From IMG/VR virus record IMGVR_UViG_3300025154_000017, positions 1 to 51,920 of that record: 51,920 nucleotides of DNA; one strand, given 5' to 3'. This document shows, in pieces, positions 15,471 to 24,447 of the stretch. The notes under the pieces were generated by a model, which made no database searches, had not been told where the DNA came from, and was given only the letters and a program-made list of their open reading frames with translations. The position numbers and the translations under genes are program-made. The number at the start of each line of letters is the position of its first letter. Position 1 is the stretch's first letter. The stretch comes from a virus. Taxonomy: Duplodnaviria > Caudoviricetes.

Positions 15471-15781
15471 TCTTCTTCCCCCCCTTCCTGTAGTGCGAGT
15501 TTCTGCTTCTTGATGTACTGATGAATATCCCATGCATTAACCGGAGACACTTGCAGCGATCTCGCCCAATGTTTGGCAATCTCCTCGGTCACTGGGTTGA
15601 TGGCATAAATAGCACCACTACCCAAAAAGCGAGTAAAGGGCGGCTGCTCGTCTGTCTCTGGAACGTCAACCCGTAGCATATTACTACCGGCTATGTTCTG
15701 TTCGGTACATTTACCTGCAATTTGATTGTGCCCAAAGAGCTCAATAATTGCCCATGCTTCAAATTTGTTTTCGTCTGTCAT
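15467..15781 (-). CDS. Conserved phage hypothetical protein
   Basis: WAIIELFGH..IAG...LRVDVP...AIY pattern common in phages. Confidence 0.7.
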   Translation of the reverse strand: MTDENKFEAWAIIELFGHNQIAGKCTEQNIAGSNMLRVDVPETDEQPPFTRFLGSGAIYAINPVTEEIAKHWARSLQVSPVNAWDIHQYIKKQKLALQEGGEEE

Positions 15782-16185
15782 CTCTCTACTGTTTGGGGGT
15801 TATTTATTAATTCGGGGTTCTCGTAAATGTTACCCACAACTTTAATGATTGCCTTTTCGTTTAAATAATTGAATGGGCGAAATCCGTTATTTATCCACTC
15901 CACAATTATTGTTTCGGTAATAACATGGTTTTGTGGGTGACACTCATAATGGGTATATGCAACTATATCCTCCTCGTATATCTCCTTGCCGTTATCGTCA
16001 AGACGGCCGGTGAACTGCATGATCACAAACCTATCGTGATCTATGTCAGTAAATCCTATGATGGGCCTGTCCGCCTCGGTGAGTTCAAACACATGAGATA
16101 TAAGCCTTAGCTCATACTCAATACCATCAAATATCATTTCACCCTTGAGTTTGTCCCATGCTCTGAACTTAATCTCCCTTTTCAT
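15778..16185 (-). CDS. YopX family protein
   Basis: MKREIKFRAWD...MQFTG..D.NGKEIYEED...VVGNIYENPEL. Confidence 0.9.
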   Translation of the reverse strand: MKREIKFRAWDKLKGEMIFDGIEYELRLISHVFELTEADRPIIGFTDIDHDRFVIMQFTGRLDDNGKEIYEEDIVAYTHYECHPQNHVITETIIVEWINNGFRPFNYLNEKAIIKVVGNIYENPELINNPQTVER

Positions 16186-16189
16186 CTTA

Positions 16190-16354
16190 TTATGATTGTA
16201 CGTTATATCTAAAACATTTACACACATCCCTTGGCGTTCCGGCATCATAAGGATTGACATCCATTGGGTTGCGCCTTGTAATAATAAACTTATGACATAT
16301 GGGACAACGCTTATAGAGAGGTGCCGGTTTGTAAAATGACGGGGCTCTTTTCAT
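16190..16354 (-). CDS. Small Cys-containing hypothetical protein (54 aa)
   Basis: Hand-translated MKRAPSFYK..RCPICH...CKC; ATGA-coupled. Confidence 0.55.
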   Translation of the reverse strand: MKRAPSFYKPAPLYKRCPICHKFIITRRNPMDVNPYDAGTPRDVCKCFRYNVQS

Positions 16355-16968
16355 CTCTCTTCTGCTTTAGTGATAGCCTTGCCGTAATAATCGCATCCCC
16401 TTGCCCGTTCCATTGCGGTTAACCCGTCGCCCGTTTTTCTGTGAGCAGGTAATTTCTTCCACATATTTTCACAAGCAATCATGTCTGATAAATCTGAGGG
16501 AAATGACTGATCTTCCAACTTCGTAACGCCGTAGGCTATTGATACAATGCAGTTACTTGATACACCCGTGTCCCTCTCTCCGTAAAATGATATTGAAGAT
16601 GCCTTCTGTTGTCGTTTAGCAAGAAATTCAATGTCCTCCAACAATTCATCCCTCTGCTTCATGCTTTTAAGCAATGACTCCATTGTTGTCTTTAATTCTG
16701 ATTTCAGGTTGTCCCGCTGCTTCAGTAGCTCGGAAGGCAATAGGCCACACTCTTGAGCAACGTTACCGGCATCCTGAATGAGCCGTGCGTTATGTTGACA
16801 CTCCAATAACGAAACATCACTCATTAACATTTCGTATCCTGCATAATTTGGGTCATTAATACTTATGGCACAAACAACAGCTTCACCGTCTCCCGCAAAT
16901 ACGAAATGAGGTTTTTTGTCAAGGCAACACGCATACCATTCTCCCTTTGTTGTTCCAGGGTCTTTCAT
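16351..16968 (-). CDS. Hypothetical protein
   Basis: T.GEW...NARLI..A...LL pattern of phage early proteins. Confidence 0.7.
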   Translation of the reverse strand: MKDPGTTKGEWYACCLDKKPHFVFAGDGEAVVCAISINDPNYAGYEMLMSDVSLLECQHNARLIQDAGNVAQECGLLPSELLKQRDNLKSELKTTMESLLKSMKQRDELLEDIEFLAKRQQKASSISFYGERDTGVSSNCIVSIAYGVTKLEDQSFPSDLSDMIACENMWKKLPAHRKTGDGLTAMERARGCDYYGKAITKAEER

Positions 16969-16977
16969 GTTCTTTGG

Positions 16978-17244
16978 TTATTGGTTATTATTCAGAAATT
17001 CATCGACAACATACTCAACCGAAAAATCCTCTTTAGTAGTTGCGAAGGGTTTATTTGAGCCATGAATTATTGCATAGGGAAATTTTTTGCCTGTTATGAC
17101 ATTACCAAACTTCATCAGTTCTCCCCGTATCACGTTGTGGAGGTCGGAGAGGAATTTTTCGTTAAGTCCATCGTGAAAGTCGTGACCGATCCACTTTTCT
17201 CCTAACTCCTCCTTCGTCATCTCCGGCTTTTGTTCTGTCTTCAT
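16978..17244 (-). CDS. Hypothetical protein
   Basis: 88-aa ORF in operon. Confidence 0.6.
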   Translation of the reverse strand: MKTEQKPEMTKEELGEKWIGHDFHDGLNEKFLSDLHNVIRGELMKFGNVITGKKFPYAIIHGSNKPFATTKEDFSVEYVVDEFLNNNQ

Positions 17245-17522
17245 TTTTTTAGCTTGTTAAATCTCACATTAAATATCTGCTCACAAGCCTTTACCAAATG
17301 TAGGGCCTTTTCGTCTTTCTGTAATGACCTCTCGCTTAAAATCCTGTCAGCGATGTAGAGCCTGTTCTCCTCAGTCTTCTTGCAGGTGCCGATGAAGTGG
17401 TAGAAATCACATAAATCACTATGCTCCTCACGGAAGCGGTGGCGGTCATTAATCTCAAGCTGCTGCATCACCATGATTACAAGAGCTACGATAAGCAATA
17501 AGATTACAAGTACTGTCTTCAT
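17241..17522 (-). CDS. Membrane-anchored hypothetical protein
   Basis: N-terminal hydrophobic helix. Confidence 0.6.
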   Translation of the reverse strand: MKTVLVILLLIVALVIMVMQQLEINDRHRFREEHSDLCDFYHFIGTCKKTEENRLYIADRILSERSLQKDEKALHLVKACEQIFNVRFNKLKK

Positions 17523-17537
17523 AGGTTTAGTTTTTCG

Positions 17538-17852
17538 TTATAGCCCGTACATTTTTTGCCATTCCTTTGTGGTGGTAATATTAACTTCTTCACCTGATTT
17601 AAGAGCCTTCCATGCGTCAACTGTCATAATCAGGTCAGCTGTGTGATCCTTACCTATCCCGATGTTAATGCTGATTGTCTCGGTAAAAAACTCGGTTTTA
17701 AACCCCGGCTTATTCACCGTAACACAAGCCTTCGGAGAAATTCGTATCTCCTTACCGAGCCTTGCAAATGACTTAATAGTCTGCCAGTAGTTTCGTGTGG
17801 CCTTTTCGCCCTCTTCCAAAACCATTACCACCTTCTCTTCTGTTTTTTCCAT
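17538..17852 (-). CDS. Hypothetical protein
   Basis: 104-aa ORF after a TATATTTG motif. Confidence 0.65.
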   Translation of the reverse strand: MEKTEEKVVMVLEEGEKATRNYWQTIKSFARLGKEIRISPKACVTVNKPGFKTEFFTETISINIGIGKDHTADLIMTVDAWKALKSGEEVNITTTKEWQKMYGL

Positions 17853-17911
17853 TGTATTAATTTTTATATTTATAGCATCAAATATACATATTTAATTCTA
17901 TAATCCAAATT

Positions 17912-18304
17912 TTAAATACATTTTTTTAATTCCTCAATCATTTTTTCATAGTCTGACCGGGTAAGTTTGACCTGAATGTGCCTCTGTGCTTCTAAGGCTT
18001 CAACCCTTTCAAGTCCGATTTCTTCAATCAGCCTGATGCGAAATTCAATCGTGTTGCCGTGTAAGTGTACGTTGCACCGGTAATCTTGAACTCTACTATT
18101 ATCAGGATGAAACATTAATCCAGGATACCCGCCACGTGAAAGATAATGCCCTCCTTGACAATTTGCCGTGTTTAACTTCATTACAGCCCCGCAAGTAAAA
18201 CACCTGACATTCCCCTCGTCGTCAGCATAACGTTGCTTTAAACGGGCAGAAAACAGGCTCCACGCCTCTTCTTTGAGTTTACTGAGTGACTTCTTTTTTT
18301 TCAT
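17912..18304 (-). CDS. ninG: NinG/Rap-like recombination endonuclease
   Basis: CFTCG...GHYLSRG....FHPDN...Q...CN..LHGN...FR..LIE.IG.ERVE.LE. Confidence 0.85.
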   Translation of the reverse strand: MKKKKSLSKLKEEAWSLFSARLKQRYADDEGNVRCFTCGAVMKLNTANCQGGHYLSRGGYPGLMFHPDNSRVQDYRCNVHLHGNTIEFRIRLIEEIGLERVEALEAQRHIQVKLTRSDYEKMIEELKKCI

Positions 18305-18516
18305 CACTGGTAAATCTTTATGTCCCTGATTAAGTCGTAAACACGCTCTGTCAAACACCATTTACTGGCATCTCTTAACTCAATAATGTTGCCGCTCTTT
18401 GTCGGGTCGCTCTTGAATATCCACTCCTTGCCGTCCTGTACTATCAGTCCGTACATCTTCACAAGCCGTAGCTTCTCTGCTGGGGTAGTCATCTCAGAAC
18501 ATACTTTTTTGTTCAA
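18304..18516 (-). CDS. Hypothetical protein
   Basis: 70-aa ORF in operon. Confidence 0.55.
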   Translation of the reverse strand: MNKKVCSEMTTPAEKLRLVKMYGLIVQDGKEWIFKSDPTKSGNIIELRDASKWCLTERVYDLIRDIKIYQ

Positions 18517-19480
18517 CCTTTACAAACCTCTTTTCGGCCTGTCTTAAATTCAATACGGCCTGTTTAAAATAACTGTCTTTTAATTCAATTCCTATTGCCT
18601 TGCGGTCCATTGAAACAGGACTATAAACTTCAGAGCCAACACCCATAAATGGAGTGAGAACCGTTTCGCCGGGATTAGAATATAAATACACCAGCCGATC
18701 AATAACGTCTAATTGCAACGGGTGTACGTGTTTTTCGTCGTCATCCTCTTTACTATCCTTAAACGGTAGTACGTTATCAATCCGCACGTCATCCCAAACA
18801 GATGAAGCATATCGCTGCCATGTCAAATGAGATAGCTTGTTTTCTCTGGGGTCGCCTGAAAATCCTATCCACTTGCGGCGGAAGTCAGTATAATTGCCGT
18901 AGGTTTCTTTGTGTGCCTCAAGAAACGGAACATCACCGAAGTATTCATAATCATTCAGCCCGTTAGGATGAACAACCGGAACGTGGTTCTCTCCACGCTT
19001 TTTGAATATGAGAATATAATCAGGCATAGCCGTGAAACATTTTGTCGCATCCTCTACAATGAATTTGTGCATTAAAGATTGTACCATTGTCCTCATGCGA
19101 ACCTTTAACGGCTCCTTCCATATCGTTATCCGGTTGTGATATTCAAATCCATGCTGCTCATGGATGCGAATAACTTCGCCGGGAAAATCCCAAAGCCTTC
19201 CGGTATTGTCGTGTATGTCCTCACAATGAACTGCATTTATACGGCCTGGTTTCGTTATCCGTGCAAGTTCCGAAATAAGAAACTCATATTGTTCAACGAA
19301 CTGATCCCGGCTTTCGCAGTTAGAAAAGTCCCGGTGATCTGAGCTGTAATTATACAATCCCGCAAATGGGGGTGAGTATAAAATTAAATCGACTGAGTTT
19401 TCAGGTAGTGTCGGAATGACCTCCATACAGTCACCGCAATAGATTGCGTAATTGTCTGTTATTACTTGATCTTTAACCAT
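18494..19480 (-). CDS. DNA amino-methyltransferase (N4C/N6A, beta class)
   Basis: GDC, SPPF motif IV, HVHPLQLD, PFMGVGS motif I, GIELK. Confidence 0.92.
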   Translation of the reverse strand: MVKDQVITDNYAIYCGDCMEVIPTLPENSVDLILYSPPFAGLYNYSSDHRDFSNCESRDQFVEQYEFLISELARITKPGRINAVHCEDIHDNTGRLWDFPGEVIRIHEQHGFEYHNRITIWKEPLKVRMRTMVQSLMHKFIVEDATKCFTAMPDYILIFKKRGENHVPVVHPNGLNDYEYFGDVPFLEAHKETYGNYTDFRRKWIGFSGDPRENKLSHLTWQRYASSVWDDVRIDNVLPFKDSKEDDDEKHVHPLQLDVIDRLVYLYSNPGETVLTPFMGVGSEVYSPVSMDRKAIGIELKDSYFKQAVLNLRQAEKRFVKVEQKSMF

Positions 19481-19481
19481 G

Positions 19482-20864
19482 TTAGATAAATTTTGGTAGG
19501 TTTATAGATTTATTAAATTCTCTCGTGTAAACTTTAAAGTCTTTATTTGTCTGTTGTGTCAGCTTTTCAAACATCTTTATAGCCTTGTCTTTTTTATGCA
19601 ATAGGCTCTGCATTATTCTCTCCTGACCGTCTGAAAGGACAAGGTCAACCGTTACGGGCCTTGTCTGACCGAACCTCCAAAAGCGACGGATAGCCTGATA
19701 GTATTGCTCATAACTGTACGTCGGGAAATACGTTGTGTGATTACAGTGTTGCCAGTTCAGGCCAAAAGCTGTGATACTTGTTTTTGTGACCAGCTTCTTT
19801 ATCTGTCCGGTTGAAAAGCCTAAAAGGATATCCTCTTTTTTATCAATATCCATGTTACCCCGGACCTCGATAGCCGTTGGATCCAATCTCATTAACTCGT
19901 CGGCTTCATCATTGAGGTTGCACCAATAGACTGAAATGTCATGTGCAGCGGCTTTCTCAACCGCCATCTCACACCGTTGCCGAATAGTTGCCTTTGCCTC
20001 CTGTTTGATTTCATGGAAGCCAACAGCTGGCATAGCAAACAATTTTGTCTGTCCGTCAATCGTCAGAGGGTTTTCATTTCTGAGTATTGTTTCAATCTCA
20101 TGCAACTCAGGTAAAATAAATCTATCGTCGGCAAATCCTATATCTGAAGGTTTCTTTGCCGAAATAGACCATGACGCAACCCACTGCCAAAAGTCATTCT
20201 CTGCATGAGGTTTCAGGTAAAACGATTCGCCCTGCCTTGCTTTTGATATCTGACTTATCTTTGCGACGTTGTTCTGATTGTTTTTAAAGAACTTTCCGAG
20301 CATATCCATGTAACCCATGTAACCCAAAGCCTCAGAGCTTGTGCCTAATTCAATATAGTCGTTAGGCGAAGGGGTTGCGGTAAATAGAAACCTGTAATTT
20401 ACTTTTTTCAGAAACGTGTTTATCTGGTTCTTAATCGCACCGTCGAAGTTTTTTAATATCGAACTCTCATCAAGAATGACACAATCAAAGTCTGATGAAT
20501 TAAGATAATGCAAACGTTCATAATTTATCAGTACAATCTTCTTTTTAAACTTGCCGTCCCTGGTATGCTCCACATCTTCAATACCGAACTTATTAGCCTC
20601 TAAAAGATGTTGGTTTGCAACGGCTAAAGGAGTAATAATCAGAATAGGTTTATTAGTTGCCTGAACGTAATTTGAAGCGACAACCAATTCAATAATAGTC
20701 TTTCCCAATCCCGTATCAAGAAACACCGCACACCGGCCTTTTCTTATAGCATAATCAGCGACGTGCCTTTGAAAGTCAAACATTATATCAGGCATAAACT
20801 TCGGAGTTATCCCGTAGTCTATTGAGTTATGTTTCTTTTTATTTAAAAACTCTTCATAGTTCAT
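19482..20864 (-). CDS. SF2 (SNF2-like) helicase
   Basis: DTGLGKT, LDES, TATPSPN, FGLNWQ and QAIRR.WRFGQ motifs. Confidence 0.92.
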   Translation of the reverse strand: MNYEEFLNKKKHNSIDYGITPKFMPDIMFDFQRHVADYAIRKGRCAVFLDTGLGKTIIELVVASNYVQATNKPILIITPLAVANQHLLEANKFGIEDVEHTRDGKFKKKIVLINYERLHYLNSSDFDCVILDESSILKNFDGAIKNQINTFLKKVNYRFLFTATPSPNDYIELGTSSEALGYMGYMDMLGKFFKNNQNNVAKISQISKARQGESFYLKPHAENDFWQWVASWSISAKKPSDIGFADDRFILPELHEIETILRNENPLTIDGQTKLFAMPAVGFHEIKQEAKATIRQRCEMAVEKAAAHDISVYWCNLNDEADELMRLDPTAIEVRGNMDIDKKEDILLGFSTGQIKKLVTKTSITAFGLNWQHCNHTTYFPTYSYEQYYQAIRRFWRFGQTRPVTVDLVLSDGQERIMQSLLHKKDKAIKMFEKLTQQTNKDFKVYTREFNKSINLPKFI

Positions 20865-20909
20865 AGTCTCAAAATTAAGGTTTTACAACGTATTTAGTCA
20901 GCTTGTATC

Positions 20910-21476
20910 TCATATTCTTCTGTGTTTCTCATAGTCCGGTACAACATCCTTTGGGCGTATATTCATCTCCTTAACTCCCGACTTCAGCAAATCATAAATG
21001 ACCTTACTACTGAAGCTGTCATATTCCTCTGAAGTTATTATCCCCTCACCAAGCCACGTTACTTTAATCCTTACCGCAGCAGCTACCTGCCATTCAGCCT
21101 TATTGGCATTAAAATTTTCATTACGAGTTTTTTCATCCTGAGACTTAATCATCCGAGCCATCTGCTCCTGGTGTATATTTCCCTGCTCCCTTATCCATAT
21201 AGCAATATTCCGAGGCATTAACTTTGTTGTGCCACCACGCTCACCAAGCGAACCATATTCAATAGCTGCCCTAACATGGTGCATAGGCATATAGCCATAC
21301 CTTTCACAAAGATACCTTGCGGTCCAGTCAATAAGCCAAGAAACATCTTTGTCTTCGGCAGTGCGGCCCATGACTTTATTTGCTTCATCCAAAAATCCTG
21401 CAATCAGAATTTTCATGTCAGTAGGTGAAACTTCACTTACTTTACGCCCAATGTTATTATTTAATAATTCACTCAT
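20910..21476 (-). CDS. Hypothetical protein (replication module)
   Basis: 188 aa, coupled to the initiator gene. Confidence 0.65.
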   Translation of the reverse strand: MSELLNNNIGRKVSEVSPTDMKILIAGFLDEANKVMGRTAEDKDVSWLIDWTARYLCERYGYMPMHHVRAAIEYGSLGERGGTTKLMPRNIAIWIREQGNIHQEQMARMIKSQDEKTRNENFNANKAEWQVAAAVRIKVTWLGEGIITSEEYDSFSSKVIYDLLKSGVKEMNIRPKDVVPDYEKHRRI

Positions 21477-22228
21477 ACCCCTGCCAGTCTTTTAATTCGT
21501 TCATCATGTGTTTCTTCTTTACGCTCACGGTTCTCATATTTACACTCAAATATCTTTATAAAATTAGTCGGCCTCATTATCCATTCTAAATCTGCCTTCC
21601 ATGCTTTATCATTCTTCCCATTAAGAAAATCACTTTGCCCGGCAAGCCTTAAAACTGTTGTCATCTTTTCAATACCATATTCCATAAATCTTGCATGAAC
21701 AAATCCCCTTCGCTCTCCGGTTAGTTTTTCAACTCTCGACATTTTTGGACATAAATCGTGATATAAATTTACTATTAAATCATAATCAATATCATTACCA
21801 ATATCATTACCAGTACCACTACCATTACCATAGGGGCTTTGAAGCACCTTTGAAGCCCCTTCTATAAATTGATTTATATTTTCTATTTCAAACTTAACAG
21901 CGTATAATTCAAATCTCTTTATTATACCCTTATGTGCCATATTTTCAGGGTTTAATGGATAGTTTTTCTGATGCTTTAAAAAGTTTTTTATAAATATGCA
22001 ATCATTATTGGTCGAAAATAACAAGCCCCTTTGAAGCCCCTTTAAAGCCCCTTCAGTTATATTCTTGTCATATCCAATATCTGAGGCCCATCTTTTAATA
22101 TTCAATTCAATAAAACCGGCAATATCACAATTATCACAGAGGTAATTGAATAATAATTTTTCGGCTGGTTTTAAATTAGCAAACCAAGCATCTCCCCACT
22201 TGTCTGTATTTGTATATCTATATGCCAT
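21473..22228 (-). CDS. Phage replication initiator / replisome organiser
   Basis: N-terminal wHTH-like domain (W.D.WF..L...EKLLF.YL), low-complexity linker, C-terminal SDFLNG.N...WKADLEW....NF.KI.E..Y; internal repeats. Confidence 0.75.
   Translation of the reverse strand: MAYRYTNTDKWGDAWFANLKPAEKLLFNYLCDNCDIAGFIELNIKRWASDIGYDKNITEGALKGLQRGLLFSTNNDCIFIKNFLKHQKNYPLNPENMAHKGIIKRFELYAVKFEIENINQFIEGASKVLQSPYGNGSGTGNDIGNDIDYDLIVNLYHDLCPKMSRVEKLTGERRGFVHARFMEYGIEKMTTVLRLAGQSDFLNGKNDKAWKADLEWIMRPTNFIKIFECKYENRERKEETHDERIKRLAGV
21832..22054. repeat. Iteron-like 11-bp repeats (putative origin)
   Basis: (G/C/A)AAGCCCCTT(T/C) x3 at 22022..22054, x2 at 21841..21862 (one with a mismatch), inverted copy at 21832..21841. 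Confidence 0.7.
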
Positions 22229-22583
22229 AACTCTCGAAATAAAATTTAATTGGCACATCATTTTCTTGGATAAGTTTAAAACGCAAAATAATCCGATAAG
22301 ATGAACTATCCCTATTAAGTCTTTTCTTTTTTTGTGCTAATTCACTTCTCCACTGCTCTATAGTAAATACCCCCTTAGATGAATTACATGAGAAACATGA
22401 TGGATTAAAATTTTCAATAGCATTTGATCCCTTTTTGTTTTTATCTCGTTCCCCCCTTCTTAATGCCTTAATATGATCTATCACAAAAGAAGTATTATTT
22501 AGTCTACAGCCACAGTAGGCACACCTACCCCCATATTTATTATAAACAATTTCTCTGACTATCTTATCAGAAATATTACTCAT
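22218..22583 (-). CDS. HNH endonuclease
   Basis: KYGGRCAYCG...IDHIK...N.IENFNPSC.SCN.SK. Confidence 0.9.
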   Translation of the reverse strand: MSNISDKIVREIVYNKYGGRCAYCGCRLNNTSFVIDHIKALRRGERDKNKKGSNAIENFNPSCFSCNSSKGVFTIEQWRSELAQKKKRLNRDSSSYRIILRFKLIQENDVPIKFYFESYGI

Positions 22584-22597
22584 AGCTATAATATTAA

Positions 22598-22733
22598 GCC
22601 AGCACCAGTAAAACAAAAATCCGATTAGGGAGGAGCGACCGCAACCTTTTTCGGACTTTGTCTACCAGTGCTGGCAGTATGTGATACTAATGTTTTTGTT
22701 CTCATATCGCTCCTATTATTGAATACAAACTTA
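22598..22733 (-). promoter_or_regulatory. Promoter plus structured leader with a 26-codon uORF
   Basis: TAAGTTTG at 22726..22733; long inverted repeat 22657..22675/22598..22617; uORF 22625..22705. Confidence 0.6.
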
Positions 22734-22823
22734 CAACTTATTTTTTACCCCGCAACTTTTTTGCAGGTTTATTTACCACCGGTGCAATTATCCCGGCCAG
22801 CAGGTTGAACAGTTCTTCAGGGT

Positions 22824-23264
22824 TCATAGCTTCATTGTTAGTTGTGTCTCAGGCTCCGGGATGTGTACATTAAAGTATTCAGCACAATGATCACGCACCT
22901 GGTTAATATATACTGTCATGTCCGTAGTTGTCATCTCACGTTTGAATGCCGGTACTTTTATTATCTCTGCCGTGTCACGGTTCACGATCTCACGATTAGC
23001 AAACATTGATTTACACCAAGCGTCGCATTCGGTAACGCTTGTCAACTGATCCCACCCAGCATCGATAGCAGCCTGTAAGAACATCGGATAAACACAAGCG
23101 AATAGATACCCCAACTGCGAAGTGCTTTTGTTCTTGCGGTACTTCTCGACCGTTAGCGTGTAGTTCCCTTTCGGCAAAGAGCGGAGGTCATCTTCCATCA
23201 TCTTACGATTGACGATGTGGAAAACGCCTCCATCTTTATGTGCTTTGTAAACTAACTTTTTCAC
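22824..23264 (-). CDS. NinB/Orf-like recombination protein
   Basis: KS.SQ..Y.F...Y and MTT.DM..YI..V patterns. Confidence 0.6.
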   Translation of the reverse strand: MKKLVYKAHKDGGVFHIVNRKMMEDDLRSLPKGNYTLTVEKYRKNKSTSQLGYLFACVYPMFLQAAIDAGWDQLTSVTECDAWCKSMFANREIVNRDTAEIIKVPAFKREMTTTDMTVYINQVRDHCAEYFNVHIPEPETQLTMKL

Positions 23265-23518
23265 TTCACCTTACCTTCACCTTCGTACAACTCATACCGG
23301 CTGCGCTTGTTCTCCAAATCCTCTTTTGACTTGAAGTAGTAAGTTATCCGCAGTCTCGGAATACTCAGGCTTACTTTGCCTTTGAGGTCTCCGCACTTAC
23401 AGGACTTCCGGGCAGTAGCCTTGTCTGTTATGGCCTTCTCCCTATCGGTGAACTGGGCCGGGTCGTCGGGGTTCTTCATCTTAAAAAGGCAACTTGGTTC
23501 CTGCCGGTAATGGTTCAA
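23261..23518 (-). CDS. Hypothetical protein
   Basis: ORF in operon; probable start MKNPDD. Confidence 0.5.
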   Translation of the reverse strand: MNHYRQEPSCLFKMKNPDDPAQFTDREKAITDKATARKSCKCGDLKGKVSLSIPRLRITYYFKSKEDLENKRSRYELYEGEGKVK

Positions 23519-23834
23519 TACTGCTCACTGGTTCACTTGTTGAGCCTTCAAATACAGACACGTTACCGAGTATGGGCATTGCTCTTTTTTGCTCTTCGGT
23601 CTGAGCTTTGTAAATTTCCTTCGGCAGAGACTGTTTGATTAAGTGGGTTTGATTGTCTTTTGGCTCTTTCAATTCAAAGGCCGTCATGTCAAGATAAATA
23701 CCCGAATTGCCCCTAAATAAATGGTTTGCTTCAATAGGAATGATAACACACTCCACAGGTCCGGTTTTGCCATCTTCAAATCTCACTACAGAGATCAGAT
23801 TGCTTAAATTCAATTTAATGTTCAGCATTTTCAT
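23481..23834 (-). CDS. Putative single-stranded DNA-binding protein
   Basis: Ends in LPF; G.YLD...E.K....TH.IKQS....PILGN; follows the SSAP gene. Confidence 0.6.
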   Translation of the reverse strand: MKMLNIKLNLSNLISVVRFEDGKTGPVECVIIPIEANHLFRGNSGIYLDMTAFELKEPKDNQTHLIKQSLPKEIYKAQTEEQKRAMPILGNVSVFEGSTSEPVSSIEPLPAGTKLPF

Positions 23835-23836
23835 AA

Positions 23837-24442
23837 TTAATCGTTATTAGTTTCGTTATCCAAATCTTCGAGCTTGTCTTTTTTCGGGAACCTAGCCAGT
23901 TCGTCATATACGATCTGATCGGCTCTATTCAGGTCTTTGCCGAATATCTTTCCGATCTTTTCAGCAGCATCCTTTACGGCATAGCTTTCAGCAGCCGGAG
24001 CAGCCTTCATCACTGCATCGCTTTTTGTTTTATTCCAGTCCATTGTTCCCGCTCCCTGATCCGTCTGAATAGGGGCAGCACCAACACCGTCCTGCCACAG
24101 CATTCTATCTGAAAGAACATCCTGATAATACAACCGCACAGTTATAGTTACAGCATTAGCAATAACCTGCACGCTTTTTATCTCTACATTCCAGACAATA
24201 AATATAGCTGTAAGCAAAGCCTCTACTCGCTCAATGGGCAGATATTCCGTAGGTACTTTTACCTTTTGGCCGTTAACTACTACCTCTTTCTTTGCAAACG
24301 GGTGCTTCTTAAGCCATTCCTTTGGAGGTTCATAATTCAATAAAAGGTTAAGGTCATTCTGATCCTGCTTAATTGAAAGATCACCTTTTATCAGGTCTTC
24401 ATACTTTGGCAGATGTCTTACTGCCGGTGTGTTCTCACTCAT
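23837..24442 (-). CDS. Rad52/Sak-like single-strand annealing protein
   Basis: YLPIERVE.LL..IF...W, A.S.A.K.AA...G; paired with the exonuclease gene. Confidence 0.75.
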   Translation of the reverse strand: MSENTPAVRHLPKYEDLIKGDLSIKQDQNDLNLLLNYEPPKEWLKKHPFAKKEVVVNGQKVKVPTEYLPIERVEALLTAIFIVWNVEIKSVQVIANAVTITVRLYYQDVLSDRMLWQDGVGAAPIQTDQGAGTMDWNKTKSDAVMKAAPAAESYAVKDAAEKIGKIFGKDLNRADQIVYDELARFPKKDKLEDLDNETNND

Positions 24443-24447
24443 GATTT

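Noticed and set aside
21788-22054. Short repeats as a mini-CRISPR array
   Set aside because: Repeats are 11-12 bp, tandem without spacers, and inside a CDS; no cas genes.
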